A stretch of DNA of 64,000 nucleotides from Octopus vulgaris (lineage: Eukaryota), in NCBI GenBank assembly GCA_951406725.2, contig OX597828.1, forward strand, positions 42,408,001 through 42,472,000, in the 5' to 3' direction. This document shows, in pieces, positions 53,477 to 64,000 of this stretch. Position numbers and translations under genes: made by a program. Positions within the stretch are counted from its first letter, which is position 1. Each line of letters begins with the position of its first letter. The notes below the pieces were generated by a model. That model did not search any database, was not told the DNA's origin, and saw only the letters and a program-made list of their open reading frames with translations.

Positions 53477-54551
53477 GCACACACATATGCACAGATACAC
53501 ACATATACACACGTATGCATACACACACACGTTCACACTGGATAAGTTACTTCAGGCTAGACTTTGTATTTAGAAGGAAAAAAAAGTTTTCGTCGTGATG
53601 ATCGCTGCCGGATTGGTCTGTAATTGTCAGGTTTGCTCAAACCGGTCAGCCCTGGGCCTCAGTCCGTTAAAAGCTCAACCTACCTTGATGCACCATTTTA
53701 CTTGTGTATCAATGTTTCTTGGTGTGTGTGTGTGTTCATTTCTATATCCCCCCCCCGTCATTTCCTTTCTCTCCCCACCCACCCACCCACCCACCTCTGT
53801 CTCTTTATCTGATGCACATTGCAGTTACTGTAGTCTATTGCTCTGCTTATTGCACGTGTCTGTACTTAAAATGCATGTGTGCATATGTGAAAACCCGCAT
53901 TAGAAGCTCACACATATGTATGGATACATATATATATATATATATGTATATGTGTGTGTATATACATATGTAATCATATGCATATATATATGTGTATATA
54001 TACATGTGTTCATGTATATATGTATATATATATATATATGTGTATATATACATGTGTTTATGTATATGTATATATATATATATATGTGTGTATATACATA
54101 TGTAATCATATGCATATATATATGTGTATATATACATGTTTATGTATATATATATATATATACATATACATACATTCACACACATGGATGATATATACAT
54201 TTTTATGCATTTTCTACAATATATATACTCAGACATATTGTGTGTAAGTATGTATGTATGTTTATGTGTGTGTGTGTGTGTGTGTGTGCTTGTGCAAAGT
54301 CTGCGTTTTGTCTTTGGACAGGCTGTTCTATTTACTCCACTATCTCCCTCTGTCCCCACTGCTCTTGGATAGCAAGGCAGGTTCTACCCCACTCCCCCAA
54401 TGCTCTTCCTTCCCTAAACTACTTGCTATCCTAATAAACACTTGTGTATGTACAGGTGAGTTGACATAACCTGACCAAAATCTCAAGACCCGCCCCCCCC
54501 ACTCATATATAGGCACACGTGCGTATGAGTGTATGTATATGTGTATGTATG

Positions 54552-54607
<56 letters not shown>

Positions 54608-54737
54608 AATGTATCTATCTATAAATATGTGCGCGCTTGTGTGTATGTATGTGTGTGTCAATACACCCTGTGCTTTAGGGAGACTATATTGACTCTTCGC
54701 GTTGCAGTATCATACCTGAGCAATATTACCTGCCTAC

Positions 54738-54949
54738 AAAGGCGGCGAGCTGGCAGAAACGTTGTCACGCCGGGCTGGTATTTTGTCTTTGTCTTTACGT
54801 TCGGAGTTCAAATTCGGCCGACGTCGACTTTGCCTTTTCTCGATTCGGGGTCGATAGATTAAGTACCAGTTGCGTACTAGGGTTGATCTAATCGACTGAT
54901 CCCCCCCCCTTCCCCAAAATTTTCAGGCCTTGTGCCTAGAGTAGAAAAG
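54738..54949 (+). mobile_element. Full-length family A SINE with a 16-bp target-site duplication
   Basis: aatattacctgcctac at 54722-54737 and 54950-54965 flanks ggcggcgagctggcagaaacg...gcctagagtagaaaag. Confidence 0.92.
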
Positions 54950-55011
54950 AATATTACCTGCCTACCTTCTTAGTTACCTGTCTCTCTGTCGGTCTTCTTC
55001 TGCTCTCTCTT

Positions 55012-55042
<31 letters not shown>

Positions 55043-55229
55043 CTCTCTCTCTATCTCTCTCTTTCTCTCTCTCTCTCTTGTTTTTCTGTCTGACTATCTG
55101 TCTGACTAAAACGTGCCTGTATTTTCGTGTATAGGAGAATGTGGTTATGCGGGTATATATATTTGTCTATATTTACATGTGTGTGTGTGTGTGTGTACGT
55201 ATTCATTTGCATATATGTGTACGTATGTG

Positions 55230-55880
55230 TATATATGTATATATGTGTATATATATATATATATTATATATATGCGCGTATGTGTGTTTATATATATGTG
55301 TGTATGTATGTATGTAGATATAAATGTATATAATATATATATATATGAACATATGTATATATATGTATGAACATATGTATGTATATATATATATGTATGT
55401 ATATATGTGTATATATATATATATATATTATATATATGCGCGTATGTGTGTTTATATATATGTGTGTATGTATGTATGTAGATATAAATGTATATAATAT
55501 ATATATATATGAACATATGTATATATATGTATGAACATATGTATATATATATATATATATATATTTATGAACATATGTATATATATATATATGAACATAT
55601 GTATATATATGAACATATGTATATATATATATATGAACATATGTATATACATATGTAGATATATATATATATGTATATACATATGTAGATATATATATAT
55701 ATGTATATACATATGTAGATATATATATATGTATATACATATGTAGATATATATATATATGTATATACATATGTAGATATATATATATACATATGTAGAT
55801 ATATATATGTATATACATATGTAGATATGTATATATATATATGTATATCTATATATATATATATATATATATGTATATGT

Positions 55881-55962
<82 letters not shown>

Positions 55963-56025
55963 GTATATGTATATATATGTATATGTATATCTATATGTAT
56001 ATGTATATCTATATGTATATGTATA

Positions 56026-56080
<55 letters not shown>

Positions 56081-56085
56081 GTGCA
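55230..56085. repeat. Compound TA-rich array including a ~164-bp tandem duplication and gaacatatgt / catatgtagat subrepeats
   Basis: gcgcgtatgtgtgttt at 55274 and 55438, followed by runs of atgaacatatgt and atacatatgtagat units. Confidence 0.88.
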
Positions 56086-56198
56086 TATGTGTAGTGTATT
56101 CACCAATAGTCTGCTATGTCAACTTGTACTCACTGAAGGAGAATGGCAGAGAGAGAGCTTAGCACTGAAATACTTTCACCTCTCACCTCACACTCACT

Positions 56199-56229
<31 letters not shown>

Positions 56230-56800
56230 TTGTGTGTGTGTGTGTGTGTGTGTATAAATATGTATACGTACACATACAGAGGCACACACATGTATAAATT
56301 CATACACACAGACACACCTCTGCCCACCCTCCCTTGTACATATATCTTTCACCTACTTTCAACTTGTTCAGTTTATGCATCTCGCCTTACATCATCAACA
56401 TCACCACCACCACCACCACCACCGGCATCATCGTCGTCAGCACTATCGTCATCAACATCATGAACGTCGCCATCATCATCATCATCCTCTCTTCTCAGCC
56501 CTCTCCATCGACCCATACCCATTCCGCTCTGCCTCCTTTCTTCTTTTTTTATTTGTTTTTTTTCTTCTTTCACTTACAGAACACTCGTACAAGATACTCA
56601 TAGAAAGCCTCACTCACACACACACACACACATACACACACTCACATACACACTCTCACTCACTCACTCACACACACTCAAACACACACACACACACATT
56701 TCCTTTCTCTCCCGTTCTCATTCTCTCTTATCAAATTTTCTTTTCTTTACATATTCTCATTGTCTCTTAAGTATACCGTCGTTCTAATACACACACACAC

Positions 56801-56831
<31 letters not shown>

Positions 56832-57605
56832 CGCACGCTCGCTTCAAAAATAATACTACTCCACCTTCCTACCTCACGCACTTGCTCTTCAACTATTTGT
56901 CATTGAGGGAGCCTCTACACGTTCTCTCAATCTTGGGGAATATAACAGCTAAATCTCACTTTGAAATGACATAAGACCCCTTCTAGATCCCCTACAGACA
57001 CAACTAAGTTCATATGGTAATGACAGGAAAGTCTTTGATTATATATATTGTCCGTTCAATCATGTTTTTAAACCTAGGGTTAAAAAATAACACCAACACC
57101 AACAATACCATATCATATATCTATTGTTCTATCCCACCCGAAACATAAACTAAAATGTTGTGACGTCGTGATGTTCATCCTGTCACCGAGAGCATTTGTT
57201 TTTGTTTTTTTTTTCATTGATATTTTTCTTGTGTGCTTCATTTAAATAAATGCATACATGAAATAAGAGAGCTTCATCCGGAAATTGAAACCGGCTCGCT
57301 TCGTTGCAACCTGTCAAGAAGCAATTACTTAGTTGTGATGCGATACTTTACAATACGACATCTGACCTTGTGACTTTATATTAAACAAATAAACTCGAGT
57401 TCAAATCCCACCCGTATTGAATTTGTCTTCTCCGCCCATTGGTTACTGAATCAGTAAACTCTCTCTCCCACTACCACTTTCTCTCTCTCTTACACCCATT
57501 TTCCTTTCTCTTACACACTCTCTCTCTCATTCTCTCCCCATATATATATCTTTATATATATGTCGGTGTACGTATGTATCGTAATATCTATGTGTATATA
57601 TATTA

Positions 57606-57805
57606 CGGCGAGCTGGCAGAGTTGTTAGCATGCTGGATGAAATGCTTAATGGGTATTTCCTCCGTCTTTACGTTCAAACTCTGCCAAGGTCGACTTGGCC
57701 TTTTATCTTTTCGGGGTCGATATTAAGTACCAGATGCGTACTGGAGTCGATCTAATCGACTGCCCCGCTCCCCAAAATTTCGGGCCTTGTGCATAGAGTA
57801 GAAAG
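57606..57805 (+). mobile_element. Family A SINE
   Basis: ggcgagctggcagagttgttagc...aggtcgacttggcc...gggccttgtgcatagagtagaaag. Confidence 0.82.
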
Positions 57806-57821
57806 ATATATATATATATAT

Positions 57822-58175
57822 TCTTTTACTTGTTTCAGTCGTTTGACTGTGGCCATGCTGGAGCACCGCCTTTAGTCGAGCAAATCGATCCCAGGACTTA
57901 TTCTTTGTAAGCCTAGTATTTATTCTATCGGTTTATTTTGCTGAACCGCTAAGTTACGGGGACGTAAACACGCCAGCATCGGTTGTCAAGCGATGTTGTG
58001 GGTGACAAACACAGACACACAAACATATACACACACATACATATACATATATACGACGGGTTTCTTTCAGTTTCCGTCTACCAAAGACACTTTGCCCAAG
58101 GTGCCACGCTTGGGACTGAACCCGGAACCATGTGGTTGGTAAGCAAGCTACTTACCACACAGCCACTCCAACGCC
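57822..58175 (-). mobile_element. SINE family B with an internal deletion
   Basis: ttttacttgtttcagtcgtttgactgtggccatgctgg...cttaccacacagccactcc. Confidence 0.88.
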
Positions 58176-58219
58176 TATATATATACATATACATACATGT
58201 CCAAAGAGATGTATATTTT

Positions 58220-58268
<49 letters not shown>

Positions 58269-58826
58269 TATACACACATATATACATATATATATGAGAG
58301 ACAGACAGACACAGACAAGACAGCAGGGGGGGTGCACATGTGCATGCTGACACACTTTTATGCGGGTGTATATACATAACGTGTATAATATATATGAGTG
58401 TATGATGTAGGAAGCGTCTATATGGATGGATCTTTATCTTCACATACACATACACCCGGATGACAGAAAATCTTGCGTTATTTTAAACAAAATTGTGGGC
58501 GGGATTACGTGTAATGGCGATATTGGTGGTGTTGGTGGTGGTTGTGGTTGTTTGCCTGAGGGGTGCGTCTGTATGAATATGAAGTAATGTAACAGTTGAA
58601 TTCTTCCCGGAAGCTCTCAGCACTGAGGATCCTGATATGACATCACGGGTATTTCGGGTGGTAACAGCCATACACACCTACATCCAACTACACACACACA
58701 CACACACACGTTTGACTTCAAATCCACGATCATAAAGGAAGTCTTCGTAAAAAATAATAATAATAATACTCTCAGGAGTCCATCACATTCTTCGAAGCAC
58801 AATTTCCTTCTTCAGCATGCTTCTCA

Positions 58827-58880
<54 letters not shown>

Positions 58881-59009
58881 CTCTGTGTCTCTCTCCCTCC
58901 CTGCCCCACCTCTCTCTCTCCTTGGAAGTTTCTATTTTCGTTTTCCCACGAGTGAGAATCTCTGATAGCACCCCCCACGTACACGTATATAAATACAAGA
59001 AACAATATA

Positions 59010-59345
59010 TGGGCGTAGAGGTGGCGGTGTGGTAAAAGGCTTGCTTCCCAACCACATGGATATCGGTTCAGTCCCACTGAGTGGCACCTTGTACAAGCGT
59101 CTTCTGAGTGGATTATATATATATATATGTATGTATGTGTGTGTGTGTGGTGTTTGTACCCCCGCCATCGCTTGACAACCGATGCTGGTGTGTTTATGTC
59201 CCCGTAAGCTAGGGGTTCGGCAAAAGAAACCGACAGAGTAAGTAACTAGGCTGACAAAGAATAAGGCCTGAGATCGATTTGTTCGACTAGCACTCCCCTT
59301 AAGGCAGAGTGCTCCAGCATGGCCGTAGTCAAATGACTGAAACAA
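59010..59345 (+). mobile_element. SINE family B, diverged
   Basis: gtggcggtgtggtaaaaggcttgcttcccaaccacatgg...ccagcatggccgtagtcaaatgactgaaac. Confidence 0.82.
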
Positions 59346-59822
59346 AATCAATTCAAAGAATGCTGTGTGTATTTATGTGTGTTTGTGTTTCCCTCGTTCT
59401 CGTCGTCATCGCGCGATAGCTTTTAAACGAGCTGGCGTGAAAACATGTCCGGTCACCAAAGAGGATTATCATTGTTGTTACTACTTTATTTCCCCACCTT
59501 CACGTGTAAATATGATAAAGTGGTTATTGAAACGGTGGCACGTGTATATGATGTATAAGATGTATAAGTAATACATATGTAATGATGCATATATAATCAT
59601 AACGTTGTATAATATAGCCTTGTGCCTTTTTTGACAAATGAAAAGTTATTGTCACGGTAGATACTGTCCGTTATCTTAGAGTAGAGCTGCTTGATGCTTG
59701 TAAACACGTTTATACACTGAAAATATCAATGTGTGTAATTAAATCAAGCGTCTAATGCAGTTGAAGTTTAACTCGTTCTTTCCGAAGTACAAGTCTTTCC
59801 AATTCTAATTTTGCTTATATTA

Positions 59823-59857
<35 letters not shown>

Positions 59858-60155
59858 CGTTTATATACTTCTGTCTGTTTATTGGCTAAACTGGCAAAAT
59901 GACCATTCCGAAATATAACAATATATATATATATATATAATTTTAATCCAAACGGGAAAACAGAAAAAACAACAACACGTGGAACAATTACAGTATTATT
60001 ATTAATAGGCGCTCAGGAAAGATGGAAGCAGATATATATATAATATATACGTATGTGTGTATGTATATATATGTTTGTGTGTGTGTGTGTATATATGTGT
60101 GTATGTATATATATGTTTGTATATATATATGTGTGTGTGTGTGTGTGTATATATG

Positions 60156-60190
<35 letters not shown>

Positions 60191-60337
60191 ATATATATGT
60201 ATGTATATATATATATACATTTGTGTCTATGTGTGTGTGTGTGTATATATGTATGTATATATATATATACATTTGTGTGTATGTGTGTGTGTGTGTGTGT
60301 ATATATGTATGTATATATATATATACATTTGTGTGTA

Positions 60338-60388
<51 letters not shown>

Positions 60389-60763
60389 TTGTGTGTATGT
60401 GTGTGTGTGTGTATATATATATGTATGTATATATATATATATACATTTGTGTGTATATGTGTGTGTGTATATATATATGTACATATATGTATATTTATGC
60501 ATATATATATTTTGCTTTATCTCTCTCACGAATAACTACAAACATCTTTGCGAAAATTCGATGTACACAGTAAACAATGCCTACATACTTACTATTCGTT
60601 CGCTGATGATTAGGTGTGTAGCGTATGAGACATTTTGAAATCTCATGCGGATATTGCTTTCAAACAACTGTACGTACACACATACATTTAGTGTATATAT
60701 AATGTTATTTCCAATATATTTAAATTTAACATCACGCAGCACATCTCTCTCTCTCTCTATATA

Positions 60764-60804
<41 letters not shown>

Positions 60805-60936
60805 GCACGCACACAGTTCTATGTAATCACTAGGACACAAAAAAAATGAATGTGTGTGTGTGCGCATGGCATTACTCAATGCAGAGCTAACACTTTCCCC
60901 TTACAAATTCCTGATTCCTTAGTCTTTTATATTCCA

Positions 60937-60975
<39 letters not shown>

Positions 60976-61788
60976 GAGAAAGAAATACGTGTTCACCCGC
61001 GATCTTTTTTTTTTTCTTCTTCTCTCTCGTATCTTATCCTCTCACTTCCTCACCCCAACACCCCCACTCCCCAGCTGATAACAAGTGACACCTTCCAGAT
61101 GTGATTAGCGCTGTGTGAACTTAACTTGTTCAAAAAGTCAAGAATATGATAGCGAGGCTCTGTCAAACCAATATGGCGGCGGTGGCGGAAGCAAAAATGG
61201 CCGATTTTGCCCTGTCTTATAGAATTTCTTTTTCTTATCTAACTTATTTTTATACACTCTCCATTTTTCTTTCCGTCCCGCTATCTCTGCCTGTAGGTAT
61301 CTTCCCACCTACCACCCCTCCTGCTCTTCTTTCTCTCTTTTTTCTTCTCTAGGTCTGTCTGTATGTATGCCTAATATATGTATGTGTAATATATATATAT
61401 GTATATATATAATATATATGTTTATATATTTATAATATGTTAATATATTTATATATGTTTATATATTTATATATATGTATATATATTTATATATATATAT
61501 ATACATATATAAAATACATGCATATATATATCACACACACACACACAAGCTCACTCACACACACACATATATATGTATGTGTACCTGTAACACACACACA
61601 CACACACACACCCCTCACAAATTACACATACATCACGCATACTTCCATAACAACATTGGGTGTGTGTTTATAGCAAAATGTGCACGCGGGGTTTGAGTTC
61701 TTATCTAAGTGCCTGCTTGTTTTTTCCTACACACACACACACACACACACACATATGTATACATGTGTATATGTGCATACATGTATGC

Positions 61789-61881
<93 letters not shown>

Positions 61882-62556
61882 CATATATATAAAATACATG
61901 CATATATATATCACACACACACACACACAAGCTCACTCACACACACACACACATATATGTGAGTGTAACCTCTATTTGCAGTTCTTATCTCATTTTATAA
62001 TTTTATAGATATATTATACGGCAGACATGCAATGCTCACTCGCAGAGAGAGACTCAAACACACACACACACACAGAAGAAAACATATATGGCTTAAGTGT
62101 TTGCACTCCCAAATAACTATTCTATGTGTATATCATTCTATATATACCGAATCCCTTCCCACTGTGTCTGTGCACACGTATGCATGTGTATATATGTGTG
62201 CATATGCATTTGTATGTATGTATGTATATGTATGCAAAATATGCTAATATGTGTACACACAATATATATATATATATATACATACATAAATACATATATA
62301 TATATATTCACACACACGTGTTTATATAAATGTACATGCGAGTATAAACATTATGTGTGTATGTATGTAGTCCATATTCAACGCATGGTATAATTATATA
62401 CACCCATGTGTGAATATAGATACCTTAAAACAGTTTATATCTGATTTCTATTATCATATCTGAAACTTTTCCTCCTTATGAAATATATTGCTGTACTTAA
62501 GTTGTGCGGCTTCCATATACACATACATACATATCATTTGTGTGTATATATGTGTA

Positions 62557-62613
<57 letters not shown>

Positions 62614-62908
62614 GCGCACATATATACGCATACGTTTGTGTGACATGTGTGGAAGACAGGGAGAGAATCGGGAGAGCGGGGGTAGGGTTTTTACGCGCGC
62701 GCGCGTGTGTGTGTGTGTGTAAGTGTGTGTGTGTGTGTGTGTAAGTGTGTGTGTGTGTGTGTGTGTAAGTGTGAGTATGTGTGTGTGTGTGTGTATCCAT
62801 ATAGGAATTACAACTTGAAGCACCATACATAACGACCTCTGGGGTGATTGCCTAATTCTAGATACACTATGGTGTGTGCGGAGTGAAGAATCTAGGTCAC
62901 ATGTTGCT

Positions 62909-62942
<34 letters not shown>

Positions 62943-63949
62943 TCTCTATCTATCTATCTCTCACTTTTTCCCTCTCTCCCTCTCTATCTCTCTCTCTCTC
63001 TCTCTTTCCCCTCTCATTTCGTGTGTGTGTGTGTGTATTTATGTATAATATTTGTCAAATATAGTCATTCACACTTGCGAAGAATATATATGTAGGTAGT
63101 TAGAGAGGTAAGTAGGTAGGTAGATTAAATATGTATATATTTGTCTATATATACAAAATATACGTGCATACACAAACACACACACATACATACATATGTA
63201 TATGACAAACTTGCTTGGATGAAAATGGATGCATCGCGTTCAATCAAAGAATAACTAATATTATATATATACATACATACATACATATATATATATATAA
63301 AAACACTTATATATATATAAACACAATGGCGGTGCCCCAGCATGGCCACAGCTCATTAGCTGAAACTGGAAAAATCAAAATCAAAATCATATATAGATAG
63401 ATAGATATGTATATATTTTATATACATATATATATATGAGATGTATATATATCTATTATACACACATATATATATATATTCTTTGTATACAGACAGACAT
63501 TATAGATAGGTGGTAGTTTATATAGCAAGATAATTTGTATGTAGAAGTGTGTTTATAAAGAGAGAGAGAGAGAGAAGGGCGGAAATAATCACCAATAGTG
63601 CTTGTATTTCATTCAGTAATGAATTAGTTGTAATTATAATAATAAAGATAACGATAATAATAATTATTATTTTCTTCGTTTATTTTTTCCTTTTTGGGTC
63701 GATAAACTAAGTCCCGATTGCTTAACTTACAAGGGTCAAATGTAATCAAATTCGTCCCCTTCCCCAAAATTTTACTGACCCTATGTCAACGTTAGTTAGA
63801 AACTACGACCACCCCTACCATCATCATCATCGTCATCATCGTCATCATCATTAGTACACTATAATAAACTCGATGGATTACTTGCTGATGCCGGATTGCC
63901 AAATTAACCTTGGATTTGATGACAAAGACACCGTTTTACATTCGACCTG

Positions 63950-64000
63950 AACTCTTTTACTCTTTTACTTGTTTCAGTCATTTGACTGCGGTCATGCTGG
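63950..64000 (-). mobile_element. SINE family B tail, running off the window edge
   Basis: actcttttactcttttacttgtttcagtcatttgactgcggtcatgctgg. Confidence 0.8.

Overview
This is AT-rich, microsatellite-saturated animal genomic DNA. The SINE families and the (TA)n/(TG)n/(AAT)n load point to an octopus or other coleoid cephalopod (inference). Only one protein-coding segment is supportable: a 531-bp, phase-1/phase-1 internal exon at 28575-29105 (+). It encodes the hinge and most of the ligand-binding domain of the nuclear receptor COUP-TF/seven-up (NR2F). The DNA-binding exon and last exon are not visible, so the rest of the window is probably two very large introns. These hold about 40 copies or fragments of tRNA-derived SINEs (at least three families), a decayed 5S rRNA copy, LINE-type 3' tails in (AAT)n, a non-autonomous Helitron, a 101-bp x9 minisatellite grown inside a SINE, and higher-order TA-rich repeats. 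Almost all ORFs in the supplied track are microsatellite or SINE artefacts. I cannot establish a new biological system from sequence alone. The best leads are (i) a Helitron whose duplicated hairpin creates a perfect GGTCAnnnTGACC element inside a nuclear-receptor gene, (ii) the SINE-born minisatellite, (iii) a 5S-SINE head-to-tail junction and (iv) inverted SINE pairs as possible RNA-editing substrates. Repeat boundaries were read by eye and are approximate (about 10-20 bp) unless motifs are quoted.
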